From the NCBI GenBank assembly GCA_041594735.1, contig JBFHLR010000001.1:4291-68290 (forward strand): a DNA stretch of 64,000 bases. The letters are read 5' to 3'. Below are positions 19,310-30,248 of this stretch, piece after piece. How positions within the stretch are numbered: position 1 is the first letter of the stretch; each line of letters opens with the position of its first letter. This DNA is from Marinobacter sp. (GTDB lineage Bacteria > Pseudomonadota > Gammaproteobacteria > Pseudomonadales > Oleiphilaceae). The notes beneath the pieces were generated by a model. The model made no database searches and was not told where the DNA came from. It worked only from the letters and a program-made list of their open reading frames with translations. The position numbers and the translations under genes are program-made.

Positions 19310-19993
19310 TCAGGTCAGCGTCGAGAGCGGCAGCGTCCAGATTCCGAACGCGATCAGCAGCAGTCCTGTCAGCTTGCGAAAGCCCTGGTGTTGCTGGAGA
19401 CGGCGAATGCCGGCGGCGGCATAGCCGGTGGCCAGCATGGAGGGCAGGGTCCCCAGGCCAAAGCACAGCATGGTTGCCGCCGCCGACGGTACCGAGGGCT
19501 GGAGCGCGGCCCAGCCCAGGGTGCTGTACACCAGTCCGCAAGGTAGCCAGCCCCACAGCCCCCCCAGCGCCAGCGCCTGGCTCGGTCGTTGTACCGGGAT
19601 GAAACGGCGGGTGAGGGGGGACAGGCGCTGCCAGAGTGGGGCGCCCAGCTTTTCGACGTAGCGCACCCCCTGCCACCACTGCCCCATCGACAAGCCCATC
19701 AGGATCAACAGCACGCCGGCCGCGGTTCGCAGATACGGAGCAAGCTGCGCCCATTGGCTGGCCGCTCCGGTACTCAGGATCGCGATGAGTGACGCCAGCA
19801 CCACGTAGCTGCCGATACGTCCGCCGTTGAAGGCCAGCAGCATCAGGCTCTGACGAAATCGGAAGCCCCGGCCCAGTGGCAGGCTCATGGAAAGCGAGGC
19901 GCTGATGCCCCCGCACATGCCAAGGCAGTGCGTACTGCCCAGCAAGCCGATCAGGAAGGCGCTGAAATAGCCCAGGTAGAGTTCGCCTGCCAT
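19310..19993 (-). CDS. DsbD_2 / TauE-SafE-like membrane protein of the cco maturation operon
   Basis: HCLGMCG and GWLPCGLVY motifs; overlaps the ccoS stop codon. Confidence 0.9.
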   Translation of the reverse strand: MAGELYLGYFSAFLIGLLGSTHCLGMCGGISASLSMSLPLGRGFRFRQSLMLLAFNGGRIGSYVVLASLIAILSTGAASQWAQLAPYLRTAAGVLLILMGLSMGQWWQGVRYVEKLGAPLWQRLSPLTRRFIPVQRPSQALALGGLWGWLPCGLVYSTLGWAALQPSVPSAAATMLCFGLGTLPSMLATGYAAAGIRRLQQHQGFRKLTGLLLIAFGIWTLPLSTLT

Positions 19994-20241
19994 CAAGCGG
20001 AGTGATCTTTGCTGGAATCGCTCGTGGGATTTGGCTGTCCCTTGTCGGCAGGCTCGGCGGTTGCGCGCTCCGTTTGGCGCGCTTCGTCCGGGATCAGATC
20101 CTTGTCGTCATCGTAGAGGATACGGTGTGCAGGGCCCTCCAAATCATCGTACTGGCCATTCTTGACGGCCCAGGAAAACAGCATGATGCCCAGGGCAACC
20201 AGGATCAGGGTGACCGGGACCAGAATCATGACGATATACAC
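19993..20241 (-). CDS. ccoS: cbb3 oxidase assembly protein CcoS
   Basis: TM helix followed by WAVKNGQYDDLEGPAHRIL. Confidence 0.93.
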   Translation of the reverse strand: MYIVMILVPVTLILVALGIMLFSWAVKNGQYDDLEGPAHRILYDDDKDLIPDEARQTERATAEPADKGQPNPTSDSSKDHSA

Positions 20242-20289
20242 AATTAAACCTCGTGCGGTGGGTCCCGATGGCGAACGTGATCAGGGACA

Positions 20290-22743
20290 CTAGGGAAGCT
20301 CTGGGTATTCTACCCCAATGGCAGGCCGTGGTTCAGCTTTCGGGTCTTGCGCACGCCCCAGTCGCAGGGCGTTCAGTACCACCACCAGCGAACTGAGTGA
20401 CATGCCGATGGCGGCCAGCCAGGGTGGCACCAGGCCGGCGGCCGCCAGTGGCAGCGCGCACAGGTTGTAGCCCAGGGCCCAGGCCATGTTCTGCCGAATG
20501 ACCCGGCGCGTCTCCTGCGCGGTGGTCAGGGCCTGCACCAGCTGTTTCAGCTGGCCATTCAGCAAAATGGCATCGGCCCGGAGCTGGGTCAGGTCGGCAG
20601 CACTACCCATGGCCACGGACACCCCGGCCCCGGCCATGGAGGGCAGATCGTTGAGGCCGTCACCCACCATCAGAATGTGATGGCCCTGCGCCCTCAGTTG
20701 CTGCAGATGGCTCAGTTTGTCCTCCGGCGAACACTGGCCGAAGGCCTCATCGATGCCTACCTGGCTGGCGATCCGGTCAACGTGCCCGGAACGATCGCCG
20801 CTGAGCAGGACACTGCGGATGCCCCGGTGGCGTAGGGCAGTGACGGTGCTGGCGGCATCCTCTCGGGCCTGGTCGTCGAGTACAAAACAGCCCAGCCAGC
20901 GGTTTTCCATGCCCAGCCAGATGACGATACCGTGGTCATCCGGGCACTCCGGCGCCGGCGAATGGGTGTACTGGCTGACAAATTCGGCATGGCCAATGGC
21001 CACAGGTTGGTTCTGCCAGAGCCCGGACAGCCCACCGCCCAAGTGGTTCTCGATCTGTGCAATCGGTGCTGCCCGATAGGGTCGGAATACCTTGGCGATG
21101 GGATGCTCCGAGGCCGATTCAAGGCCAGCCGCGATCGCCTGGAGCTGGGCCTGATCGAGGTCGGAACAACTGTGGGTCAGTACCAGCGACAGCTCGCCAC
21201 GGGTCAGAGTCCCGGTTTTATCGAACACAACGGTATCGATGGCATTCAGGGACTCCAGTGTGTGTCCGCGGCTGGGCAGGAATCCCAGCTTGCGCAGCTT
21301 CATGGTGGCACTGGTGATCGCGGTGGGTGTGGCCAGAGACAGCGCGCAGGGACAGGTTACCACCAGCACCGACAGGGTGATATCGAAGGCATTGTCGGCG
21401 CCGGCCAGCCACCAGCCGAACCAGACCAGCGGCGACAGGATCAGGATACGGCTGACAAAAACTCCGGCGATGCGATCAGCGGTTCTGGCGATTTTCGGTT
21501 TTTCCGCCTGTACCCGGTCCAGAATGCGCAGGATGCCGGACAGACGGGTATTGGCGCCGCTGTTTTCGACGCGAACCGTCAGCGGGTTCTCGCCATTGAT
21601 GCTGCCGGCATGGACCGAGTCGCCGGGAACTCGGGTTTCAGGCAGGTACTCTCCGGTCAGGGCGGCTTCATTCAGCGTCGAGCGGCCCGACAGAATAATC
21701 CCATCGACCGGCATGGCTTCACCGGGTTTGACGCGAATGGTGTCGCCGCGCTGCAGTTCGTGGGTGGCCACCAGCTCGGTGCTGTCGCCATGGACGCGAG
21801 CGGCGACGGTGGGCTGTACGCCTGCCAGCGCATTGCTCGTTAGGCCGGCGCGATAACGGGCCTGCATTTCAATGTAGCGTCCCAGGGACAGGAGGAACGT
21901 GAACATACAGACCGATTCGAAATAGACCTCGTCGCCTCCGGCAACCGTGACCCAGGCGCTGGCCACGTACGCCAGCCCAATGGCGGTGGCCACCGGCACA
22001 TCCATGGTGAGGTGGCGGCTACGAAGGTCTCTGAGGGCATTGCGGAAGAACGGGCGGGCGCTGTAAAACACCACCGGAGTGGCCACCAGCAGGCTCACCC
22101 AGCGGAAAAACTGGATGAAGTCGGGCGACAGGTCACTGACCAGCTCAAAATACAGCGGAAACGCCAGCATCATGCTCTGCGTCATGCCGATGCCGGCAAC
22201 ACACAGCCGAATCAGCGAGCTGCGCTTTTCGGCCTTCAGTGCCAGCTCCGCCTCGTCAGCACGGTAGGGTTTGGCGCGATAGCCCAGTTGGTGAATGGCG
22301 ATCACCAGGTCGCTGAGGGATGACTGTTCCGGCTGCCACATCAGCCTGGCCCGCTGGGTGGTGTGGTTGACCGAGAAGGCAATCACTCCGGGCCGTTGCG
22401 CCAGGTGTTTTTCCAGCAACCAGATGCAGGCGGCACAGGTAATTCCCTCAATCAGCAGCTGCGCCTCCAGGCCTGCTTTGACTGGAGCCACAAACGACGA
22501 TTGCAGCAGCGGATGATCCAGCTCCCTGAGCTGATCGAGTTCGGTGGGCGTCAGATCCCGGGGTGTAACGGCCGGCGCAGTCCGGTGCTGGTAAAAGCCA
22601 CTGAGACCTTCGGCATCAATGGTTTCGCACACCGAGCGACAGCCGTAACAGCAGAATGCCCGAGTGTCCCCATCTATTTTGAGGGTAATGGGCGAGTCGA
22701 CCAGAACCGGCTCGCCGCAATGGAAACAGTCCAATTCGCTCAC
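20290..22743 (-). CDS. ccoI: copper-translocating P1B-type ATPase CcoI
   Basis: CFHCG/CCYGC N-domain, CAAC metal-binding domain, CPCAL, DKTGTLT, GDGLND. Confidence 0.95.
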   Translation of the reverse strand: MSELDCFHCGEPVLVDSPITLKIDGDTRAFCCYGCRSVCETIDAEGLSGFYQHRTAPAVTPRDLTPTELDQLRELDHPLLQSSFVAPVKAGLEAQLLIEGITCAACIWLLEKHLAQRPGVIAFSVNHTTQRARLMWQPEQSSLSDLVIAIHQLGYRAKPYRADEAELALKAEKRSSLIRLCVAGIGMTQSMMLAFPLYFELVSDLSPDFIQFFRWVSLLVATPVVFYSARPFFRNALRDLRSRHLTMDVPVATAIGLAYVASAWVTVAGGDEVYFESVCMFTFLLSLGRYIEMQARYRAGLTSNALAGVQPTVAARVHGDSTELVATHELQRGDTIRVKPGEAMPVDGIILSGRSTLNEAALTGEYLPETRVPGDSVHAGSINGENPLTVRVENSGANTRLSGILRILDRVQAEKPKIARTADRIAGVFVSRILILSPLVWFGWWLAGADNAFDITLSVLVVTCPCALSLATPTAITSATMKLRKLGFLPSRGHTLESLNAIDTVVFDKTGTLTRGELSLVLTHSCSDLDQAQLQAIAAGLESASEHPIAKVFRPYRAAPIAQIENHLGGGLSGLWQNQPVAIGHAEFVSQYTHSPAPECPDDHGIVIWLGMENRWLGCFVLDDQAREDAASTVTALRHRGIRSVLLSGDRSGHVDRIASQVGIDEAFGQCSPEDKLSHLQQLRAQGHHILMVGDGLNDLPSMAGAGVSVAMGSAADLTQLRADAILLNGQLKQLVQALTTAQETRRVIRQNMAWALGYNLCALPLAAAGLVPPWLAAIGMSLSSLVVVLNALRLGRAQDPKAEPRPAIGVEYPELP

Positions 22744-23270
22744 CCGGCGTGATTGCCCGCAGCCTTGAGCATCAATGAATCGGTTGCTGGCAGAGTGAGC
22801 TCGCCCTTGAGGCGCCAGTCGTTGTCCGGGCCGCGAAGGTCAAGGTACCAGCGGCCGTCCATGTTTCTGGGTAGCTGGCCCGAGAAAGCGCTTTCTGAAA
22901 CAGGGCTAAGCTGGACGGTGCGGTCCCGCTCTTCCAGAGTGGGGTGGTACACCTGCAGGATCAGATAGGGGTAGGCAAGGTCGGCGGCTGTTGCCTGCAG
23001 CGCCACCGCAATCCGATTGTCGGAAACGTCGAGACGGGCGCTCAGTCCCAGCTCTGCGGCACGGGCATCCCGGGCCAGTTCGAGATTGATGGCCTTGCCT
23101 TCTTTGGAGTAATCGTCCGTCACCATCGCGCTCTCGGTCTTGATGGCCATGGTGATCATGAAGGCGCACCAGATGATGGCCGCTGTGGGAAAGATCAGCA
23201 GGAACCAGAACCAGGGCTGGCGGTACCATGGGCTTACAGGGCTGTCTTGAGTCATCTTGGGTTCTCTCAC
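22740..23270 (-). CDS. ccoH: FixH/CcoH family protein
   Basis: PWYRQPWFW, a single TM helix and DDY.KEG.AIN motif; the start may be 23255. Confidence 0.9.
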   Translation of the reverse strand: MREPKMTQDSPVSPWYRQPWFWFLLIFPTAAIIWCAFMITMAIKTESAMVTDDYSKEGKAINLELARDARAAELGLSARLDVSDNRIAVALQATAADLAYPYLILQVYHPTLEERDRTVQLSPVSESAFSGQLPRNMDGRWYLDLRGPDNDWRLKGELTLPATDSLMLKAAGNHAG

Positions 23271-23288
23271 GGGGACCGTTGTCTGGAA

Positions 23289-24719
23289 TTAGTTTCTGGG
23301 GCCGACAAATCGGCTTTCGGTTTCGACCGTCACCGTGGCATCGGTAAGGGATTGCAGCCGGAAGGTGATGATGTTGTTGCTGTCCGTCATTTTTGCGGGA
23401 TCCACTTCCACCACCGCGGGCAGTGACAGATGTTCGCCGCTGGCCACCGAGACTTCCGTGCGGGAGGTCAGTATCAGGCTCTCCAATCCGGATACCGAAA
23501 CCTGGTAGGTTTGCGGTATTTCACTGAGATTGCTGACCTTCAGGGTGTAGGAGTTTTCAACCATCCCGCGGCCGTTGTAGTTAAACAGCGCGCCCCGGTC
23601 CCGCAGCACATCCAGTTCCGCTGCCACCCGGGTGATGAGGGTAAAGACAATGGCGCCGATCATCAGCGCCAGGGCTGCGCCATAACCGAAGGTGCGTGGA
23701 CGCAGCAGTTTAGAGGTCATGCCCTCAAGTTCGTTTTCGGTGGTATAGCGGATCAAGCCGCGGGGATAGTCCATTTTATCCATCACGCTGTCGCAGGCAT
23801 CGATACACAGGGCGCAGCCGATACACTCGTACTGCAGACCGTCGCGAATGTCGATGCCAGTGGGGCAAACCTGGACACAGAGACCGCAGTCGATGCAGTC
23901 CCCCAGGCCAAGATCGTCCTTGCTGGCGGATTTCTTGCGCCCGCCCCGGGGTTCGCCACGATTGGGGTCATAGGACACCACCCGGGTGTCGGCATCAAAC
24001 ATCACTGACTGGAACCGCGCATAGGGACACATATACAGGCATACCTGCTCCCGCATCCAGCCTGCGTTGAGGTAGGTAGCCCCGGTGAAGAAAACCACCC
24101 AGAAGTAGGCCCAGCCATTGGCATCGAGTGTGACCAGGTCGATGGCGAGTTCGCGAATGGGGTAGAAATAGCCAACAAAAGTCATCCCCGTGGCCAGTGC
24201 GATGGCCAGCCAGGCGGTGTGCTTTAGCGACTTCTTGGCCACTTTCCCGGCAGAGTTGGGGGCTTTGTCCAGCTTCATGCGTTTATTGCGGCTGCCTTCA
24301 ATCCGCTCCTCCACCCACATGAAGATAAAGGTCCACACGGTCTGGGGGCAGGTATAGCCGCACCAGACCCGACCAAACAGCGTGGTAATAAAGAACAGGC
24401 CGAACGCGGCGATGATCAGCATCCCCGATAACAGGAAAAAATCCTGGGGAAAGAAGGTAACACCGAACAGGTGGAACTCGCGGGCTGGCAGGTCAAAGTG
24501 AATCAGTGGCTGGTCATTGACGGTGATCCAGCAGAACAGGAAGTACATGCCCATCAGTCCCCACAGGCTGACAAAGCGAAGGCGTTGGAACAGGCCTTTG
24601 ACTTCCTTGACGTAGATTTTCTTTCGGCTGGCGTAGAGCTCGACGGTCTCTGGTTTGTTGTTATTTTTGGAGGCGTCAGGGTTAGGGTCGATCTGCTTTA
24701 CCGGAATCTGACTGCTCAT
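23289..24719 (-). CDS. ccoG: cytochrome c oxidase accessory protein CcoG
   Basis: GRVWCGYTCPQT, CLYMCPY and two CxxCxxCxxxC ferredoxin motifs. Confidence 0.96.
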   Translation of the reverse strand: MSSQIPVKQIDPNPDASKNNNKPETVELYASRKKIYVKEVKGLFQRLRFVSLWGLMGMYFLFCWITVNDQPLIHFDLPAREFHLFGVTFFPQDFFLLSGMLIIAAFGLFFITTLFGRVWCGYTCPQTVWTFIFMWVEERIEGSRNKRMKLDKAPNSAGKVAKKSLKHTAWLAIALATGMTFVGYFYPIRELAIDLVTLDANGWAYFWVVFFTGATYLNAGWMREQVCLYMCPYARFQSVMFDADTRVVSYDPNRGEPRGGRKKSASKDDLGLGDCIDCGLCVQVCPTGIDIRDGLQYECIGCALCIDACDSVMDKMDYPRGLIRYTTENELEGMTSKLLRPRTFGYGAALALMIGAIVFTLITRVAAELDVLRDRGALFNYNGRGMVENSYTLKVSNLSEIPQTYQVSVSGLESLILTSRTEVSVASGEHLSLPAVVEVDPAKMTDSNNIITFRLQSLTDATVTVETESRFVGPRN

Positions 24720-24865
24720 CTATACCTCCCATTGAGGGGATAACGCGCCGAAGCGGTCCACTGCCGCCGCGCCTGGCTTAGGGCCGGCGTTTGGGGCGTA
24801 CTGGGAATCAATCGGGCGTTTTAAGTCTTTTCAAGCCTGTACCCGAGCAAGTCGGACACAGGGTT

Positions 24866-24904
24866 CAAAAGACTCGGACGCTGTCACACAGACAGCGTCC
24901 GGGT
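24866..24904 (-). terminator. stem-loop/terminator after ccoP
   Basis: CGGACGCTGTC-acaca-GACAGCGTCCG inverted repeat followed on the minus strand by CTTTT. Confidence 0.65.
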
Positions 24905-24907
24905 ACT

Positions 24908-25798
24908 TTAGTTCGACAGGCTGTAGACGTAGGCGGCGAGGATATGGATCTGGTCTTCGCTCAACCGTCCGCTCTGAGCCGGCATCTGGTTTTGACGGCC
25001 GTACATGACCGTATCCTTGATGCGGTCGTAGGTGCTGCCGTAGAGCCAGACGTTGTCGGTCAGGTTGGGGGCGCCCATGGCCAGCGTACCCTTGGCGTCC
25101 TGGCCATGACAGGCGGCGCAGGCCTGGGCAAACACCTGCTTGCCGGCTTCGGCCGCTTCCGCGTCAACGGCGCGCTCGCTGAAGCTCAGCACGTAGTTGA
25201 CCACCTGGTCGACTTGCTGGGCGTTCATGTTTGGCATCATGCCCTTGGCCGGCATGGCACCTTGGCGCCCCTGGGTGATGGTGTGGAGGATGGTGTCCGG
25301 ATCGCCACCGTACAGCCAGTCTTCATCCGTCAGGTTGGGGAAGCCGATGGAGCCACGGCCAGCAGAACCATGACACACCGCGCAGTTGTTGGCGAACAGA
25401 CGCTGACCCATCTTCATGGCTTCGTCGTTCTGCGCCAGTTCCGGGATAGCGGTGTTGCCGTATTGCGCGTAGATCTCGCTGTAACGGGCCTCGGCCTGTT
25501 GGACTTCCTTTTCCCACTGGTTGTGCTGAGTCCAGCCAAACAGCCCCTTGAAGCTGCCCAGTCCCGGGTACAGCGCCAGGTAACCCAGCGCGAAGATGCA
25601 GGTGGTGATAAACAGGTAATACCACCACTTCGGCATCGGGTTGTCGTACTCCTCGATGCCGTCGAAGGAATGGCCTGTGGTCCGGTCGGTTTCTGTATCC
25701 GTGGTCTGGCCTTTACGCACTGCAACCAGCAGCCACCAGCAACCAAAGATGGTACCGAGCACGATCGCACTGATCCAGATGCTCCAGAAGGTACTCAT
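24908..25798 (-). CDS. ccoP: cbb3-type cytochrome c oxidase subunit III
   Basis: GHSFDGIEEYDNPMPKWW and two CxxCH heme motifs. Confidence 0.97.
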   Translation of the reverse strand: MSTFWSIWISAIVLGTIFGCWWLLVAVRKGQTTDTETDRTTGHSFDGIEEYDNPMPKWWYYLFITTCIFALGYLALYPGLGSFKGLFGWTQHNQWEKEVQQAEARYSEIYAQYGNTAIPELAQNDEAMKMGQRLFANNCAVCHGSAGRGSIGFPNLTDEDWLYGGDPDTILHTITQGRQGAMPAKGMMPNMNAQQVDQVVNYVLSFSERAVDAEAAEAGKQVFAQACAACHGQDAKGTLAMGAPNLTDNVWLYGSTYDRIKDTVMYGRQNQMPAQSGRLSEDQIHILAAYVYSLSN

Positions 25799-25980
25799 TG
25801 TTTCTTCTCCGTCTTTTCGTTTTCCAGGGTACGGCGATCAATGTCGTCATCGTCAAAGGGCAGGTTTGCCGCTTCGTCGTTGGGCTTCTTGCGGCGGGCG
25901 CTGTACGCCCACCAGCAGATGCCCAAAAAGGCAATCATGACCAGAAGGGTATGGATACCGCGTACCTCATTAATATCCAT
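25795..25980 (-). CDS. ccoQ: cbb3-type cytochrome c oxidase subunit IV
   Basis: Single TM helix plus EAANLPF motif, between ccoO and ccoP. Confidence 0.93.
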   Translation of the reverse strand: MDINEVRGIHTLLVMIAFLGICWWAYSARRKKPNDEAANLPFDDDDIDRRTLENEKTEKKQ

Positions 25981-25985
25981 TGCGA

Positions 25986-26594
25986 TCACCGTTTGGTGGA
26001 AATCACTGTTCCCAGCTGCTGCAGGTAGGCAACAAGGGCTTCGATTTCATACTTGCCTTCCACCTCGGCAGTCGCATTGGCAATCTGCTCGTCGGTGTAG
26101 GGCACGCCCAGCTTGCGCATGACCGTCAGCTTGGTGGCGGTGTCAGTGTGGTCAATCTTGTTCTCGAACAGCCAGGGGAAAGCCGGCATGTTGGATTCAG
26201 GAACCACGCTGCGGGGATCGAACAGGTGCATACGCTGCCAGGCATCGGAATAGCGACCGCCGACCCGTGCAAGGTCCGGACCGGTGCGCTTGGAGCCCCA
26301 CAGGAACGGATGCTCATAGACGTATTCGCCGGCCACCGAGTAATGACCGTAGCGCTCGGTTTCAGCACGGAACGGGCGGATCATCTGGGTGTGACAAACG
26401 TGGCAACCCTCGCGAATGTAAATATCGCGGCCTTCCAGCTCAAGAGCGCTCAGTGGCTCCAGGCCTTCGATAGGCTCATTGGTTTCCTTCAGGAAAAACA
26501 GGGGCACCACTTCGACCAGGAAGCCGCCGCTGATGACCAGAACGATCAGCAGGGCCATGAGGCCAATATTCTTTTCTACAATGTCGTGTCTCAT
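25986..26594 (-). CDS. ccoO: cbb3-type cytochrome c oxidase subunit II
   Basis: [16 protein letters not shown] and [14 protein letters not shown]. Confidence 0.97.
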   Translation of the reverse strand: MRHDIVEKNIGLMALLIVLVISGGFLVEVVPLFFLKETNEPIEGLEPLSALELEGRDIYIREGCHVCHTQMIRPFRAETERYGHYSVAGEYVYEHPFLWGSKRTGPDLARVGGRYSDAWQRMHLFDPRSVVPESNMPAFPWLFENKIDHTDTATKLTVMRKLGVPYTDEQIANATAEVEGKYEIEALVAYLQQLGTVISTKR

Positions 26595-26611
26595 TGGTCT
26601 CTCTACTCCTC

Positions 26612-28042
26612 TCAGGCGGCCTGCGGTGCTGCGTCGTCAACCGCTACGGCATCTTTCTGCTTGATGGTCATGCGGACGTTGTAGGCCATCACAAGCATGC
26701 CGGAGACAAAGATTACGCCGCCCAACCAACGGACGAAGTAGCCTGGGCCCGAGGCTTCCAGGGCTTCCACGAAGCTGTAGGTCAGGGTGCCGTCGCTGTT
26801 AACCGCGCGCCACATCAGACCCTGCATGATGCCGTTGACCCACATGGCGACGATGTACAGGACGGTGCCTGCGGTAGCCAGCCAGAAATGCACGTTGATC
26901 AGTGCGGTGCTGTACATCTCACGTACGCCCCACAGCTTCGGAACCAGATGGTAAATGGCACCGATACTGATCATGGCAACCCAGCCCAGGGCGCCGGAGT
27001 GAACGTGACCGATGGTCCAGTCGGTGTTGTGAGAGAGCGCGTTGACGGTCTTGATGGCCATCATCGGACCTTCGAAGGTGGACATGCCGTAGAACGACAG
27101 GGACACCACCAGGAAGCGCAGAATCGGGTCGGTGCGCAGTTTGTGCCAGGCTCCGGACAGGGTCATCATGCCGTTGATCATGCCGCCCCAGCTTGGTGCC
27201 AGCAGAATCAGGGACATGACCATGCCAGCGGTCTGAGCCCAGTCGGGCAGTGCGCTGTAGTGCAGGTGGTGACCACCGGCCCAGACGTAAGTGGCGATCA
27301 GTGCCCAGAAATGCACGATGGACAGACGGTAGGAATAAACCGGACGACCCGCCTGCTTGGGAACGAAGTAGTACATCATGCCCAGGAAACCAGCGGTCAG
27401 GAAGAAGCCTACTGCGTTATGGCCCCACCACCACTGCATCATGGCGTCGGTTACGCCGGCATACAGGGAGTAGGATTTGAACGCACTGACCGGCAAGGCG
27501 AGGTTGTTGCCGATATGCAGTACCGCTACGGTAATGATGAACGCGCCATAGAACCAGTTGGCAACGTAAATGTGCGGCGCCTTCCGCTTGACGACAGTGC
27601 CGAAGAAAACGATGGCGTAGGAAATCCAGACTACGGCGATCAGGATGTCGATCGGCCATTCCAGCTCAGCGTATTCCTTGGTGGAGGTAAGGCCTTGTGG
27701 CAGGGTGAGGACCGCGGCCACCAGCACAGCTTGCCAGCCCCAGAAGGTAAACTGGGCGAGGCCGTCAGAGAACAGGCGTGCCTGACAGGTACGCTGGACA
27801 ACATAGTAGGAAGTTGCAAACAGGGCACTTCCACCAAAACCGAAGATGACGGCGTTGGTGTGCAGCGGCCGCAGTCGGCCGAAGTGGGTGAAGGGCAGGT
27901 CCAGGTTTACTGAGGGCCAGACGAGTTGTGCTGCAATCAGCACACCCAGGCTCATCCCGATAATACCCCATACCACTGTCATGATGGCGAACTGTCTCAC
28001 CACCTTATAGTTGTATGTCAGGTTTGGATTTACTGTGCTCAT
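26612..28042 (-). CDS. ccoN: cbb3-type cytochrome c oxidase subunit I
   Basis: [28 protein letters not shown] and [10 protein letters not shown]; start at MSTVNP. Confidence 0.97.
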   Translation of the reverse strand: MSTVNPNLTYNYKVVRQFAIMTVVWGIIGMSLGVLIAAQLVWPSVNLDLPFTHFGRLRPLHTNAVIFGFGGSALFATSYYVVQRTCQARLFSDGLAQFTFWGWQAVLVAAVLTLPQGLTSTKEYAELEWPIDILIAVVWISYAIVFFGTVVKRKAPHIYVANWFYGAFIITVAVLHIGNNLALPVSAFKSYSLYAGVTDAMMQWWWGHNAVGFFLTAGFLGMMYYFVPKQAGRPVYSYRLSIVHFWALIATYVWAGGHHLHYSALPDWAQTAGMVMSLILLAPSWGGMINGMMTLSGAWHKLRTDPILRFLVVSLSFYGMSTFEGPMMAIKTVNALSHNTDWTIGHVHSGALGWVAMISIGAIYHLVPKLWGVREMYSTALINVHFWLATAGTVLYIVAMWVNGIMQGLMWRAVNSDGTLTYSFVEALEASGPGYFVRWLGGVIFVSGMLVMAYNVRMTIKQKDAVAVDDAAPQAA

Positions 28043-28112
28043 AGCCTTACCAATGGATTTAGAGTGGGGAAATGTGCGGGCGCAAGTATGGAGAAACCGT
28101 GACGGCTTTGCA

Positions 28113-28126
28113 ATGACCCAGGTCAA
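28113..28126 (-). promoter_or_regulatory. FNR/Anr-like box upstream of ccoN
   Basis: TTGAC-CTGG-GTCAT on the minus strand versus consensus TTGAT-N4-ATCAA, about 70 bp upstream of the ccoN start. Confidence 0.65.
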
Positions 28127-28317
28127 GACGTCCGAGCCTGTCAAAATCACTCAAATCAGCAACCTGGGCCGTAATGTCTAAGGAGAACCGTGACTTGGCC
28201 GTGGTAAGCTGAGCTCGCCCGACAGTAATGTGGTTGACGACCGGACCGGGCCGGTTTGACTCGTTGACTTAAGGGGGCTCTAAACGTGTCGACATAATAA
28301 TCGCAAATGGAGGTCAG

Positions 28318-28977
28318 GTGAATTCTACGGTGGGATATACGACTAAAGCGCAAGGCGTTGATTCCGGTGCGGTACTGTTGCTAGCCCATGGTGCCGGAGC
28401 GCCAGCGGATTCGCCGTTTATGGAGGAGCTTGCCCAAGCCTTGGCTCGACGCGGAGTAACAGTGGTGCGGATGGAATTTCCGTACATGCAGAAGCGGCGG
28501 GAGGACGGTCGCAAGCGTCCGCCGGATCGCGCGGAAAAACTGCTGGCCAGCTTTCGCGATCAGCTGGCCCGGTTACGGGAGGAAACGGGGCCGGATACAC
28601 CGCTATTTATTGGCGGCAAGTCCATGGGCGGGCGAATGGCCAGTCTGCTGGCAGCCGAAGCGGAGGACCGCGGGACGTTCCAGGGCGTCCTGTGTTTCGG
28701 TTACCCGTTTCATCCGCCGGGGAAGTTGGACAAATGGCGGGTGGCTCATTTTTCGCAACTTTGGTGCCCGGTCTGTGTGCTTCAGGGGAGTCGTGATCCG
28801 TTTGGCAAGCCGGAAGAACTCCGGGAGCGGCTGGAAGGGGAGCTGCCGATCGAGTTGCGTTGGCTGGAAGGCGGAAACCATGATTTTCAGCCGTTGAAGG
28901 CATCCGGCCTGAGCCAGAACGACCTTATCGAAGAGGCGGCGCAGCATGCGGCCAGCTTTATTCGCCGGATGCTCTGA
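28318..28977 (+). CDS. alpha/beta hydrolase (KANL3/Tex30-like, COG3571)
   Basis: LAHGAGA..DS.FM, GGKSMGGR, GYPFHPPG, QG.RDPFG. Confidence 0.9.
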   Translation: MNSTVGYTTKAQGVDSGAVLLLAHGAGAPADSPFMEELAQALARRGVTVVRMEFPYMQKRREDGRKRPPDRAEKLLASFRDQLARLREETGPDTPLFIGGKSMGGRMASLLAAEAEDRGTFQGVLCFGYPFHPPGKLDKWRVAHFSQLWCPVCVLQGSRDPFGKPEELRERLEGELPIELRWLEGGNHDFQPLKASGLSQNDLIEEAAQHAASFIRRML

Positions 28978-28979
28978 CT

Positions 28980-29400
28980 GCGATTTGCCAGCCGGGCGGC
29001 GCGCAGCTGGGCGGTTCGTTGGTGAACCTGCTGCTCCAGACGCAGCTTTGCATCGTGCTCGACGGCAAGGAGCTGGTTGTTCAGCAGGCGCCAGCGTTGA
29101 ACCATGGCATAGTTCAGCAGCACGATCTGACCGCCTATGGCGGCTTGCATGGTTATTTCGTGGGACAGGAAATCCGGCAAGAAACCAAAGGCCGCCAACG
29201 GATGGGAGCTGGTTCCAAGAATCGTCAGCGACCAGGACAGCACGCACCACTTGGCGTATGCACGGCCGCTGTGCCAGCGCAGTAGGCCGATGATAAAGAG
29301 AGTGCAGATGACGATAAGAGTGAACAGGGTGTTGATCTTAATGGCTGTGGCGTGGTCCAGCTCAAACACCAACAGCAGTAACCCGAGAGATGAATGAAGG
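28980..29400 (-). pseudogene. remnant of a 7TM-DISM sensor gene (last TM helices plus linker)
   Basis: Three TM helices then RWRLL...LEQQVHQRTAQL linker; no sensor domain, no output domain, no convincing start; boundaries approximate. Confidence 0.65.
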
Positions 29401-29599
29401 GCGCAGTGTAGCCGATATGGATGGGTACAGATGTTAAACAGATTCAAAATAGAGCAATCAGCAGGGTTGCTCTACTATCGCCGCTTCGCCTGAGGGAGGG
29501 CAAAGGCTGCCGGATGCAGATAGTCTGGGGGCAATGCTCCGGGTTTGCGTCCCGGGATGGGCGCCTTAGCAAACCAATCGGGTATTGCCCCGCGGTGGG

Positions 29600-29890
29600 T
29601 TACTGGCCACTTTGTTCCAGGATGGTAATTTTCTCGTCCTGATCCATCATCGGTATAATCGCGGTCATCAGCTCTTTGCGGTTTTCGGATCGATACCAGC
29701 GGTCCCAGTCGGCGACGGAGCGCCAGTTGGCCAGGGTCAGGCGGTGGTTGGGATCTTGCGTGTCCACCAGCGTTTCCCCGGAGATAAAGCCGGGTGCAGC
29801 CACGGCTGCCTGCAGTACCCTGCGTGAACCGGCCTCGTAGGGTTCCTCCAGGGTTTCGGCAATATGGCGTTCTATTAATACGCGAATCAT
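29600..29890 (-). CDS. antibiotic biosynthesis monooxygenase (ABM) family protein
   Basis: MIRVLIER...PGFISGETL...W.S..DW..W..S..R; GAGG RBS. Confidence 0.88.
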   Translation of the reverse strand: MIRVLIERHIAETLEEPYEAGSRRVLQAAVAAPGFISGETLVDTQDPNHRLTLANWRSVADWDRWYRSENRKELMTAIIPMMDQDEKITILEQSGQ

Positions 29891-30008
29891 GCAGAACCTC
29901 ACTGTTGATGGTTGAGCTGGGGGGTATTGGATTCGCCCCTTTTAGGTATCTATAAACAGTAATTTAGCACGGTATTCTGAAATTACCCTGCGAAAGGAGG
30001 AAGTCAGT

Positions 30009-30248
30009 TTGGAAACACCCGCGCATGAATTGGAACTGGATGCCCGGGGGCTGTTTTGCCCCGAGCCGGTGATGCTGTTGCACGGTCGAATTGCGGAAGT
30101 CGCGCCAGGGGGCATTCTTAAGGTGATCGCGACGGACCCTTCCACCACCCGTGATATTCCTCGTTTCTGCCAGTTCCTGAACCATGAGCTCGTAGCCCAG
30201 GACACTGGCGGTCCAGAGTATGTCTACTTTATCCGGCGGGGCGGCTGA
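30009..30248 (+). CDS. tusA: sulfurtransferase TusA
   Basis: [13 protein letters not shown] and ATDPST.RDIP.FC.FL; TTG after AGGAGG. Confidence 0.93.
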   Translation: METPAHELELDARGLFCPEPVMLLHGRIAEVAPGGILKVIATDPSTTRDIPRFCQFLNHELVAQDTGGPEYVYFIRRGG

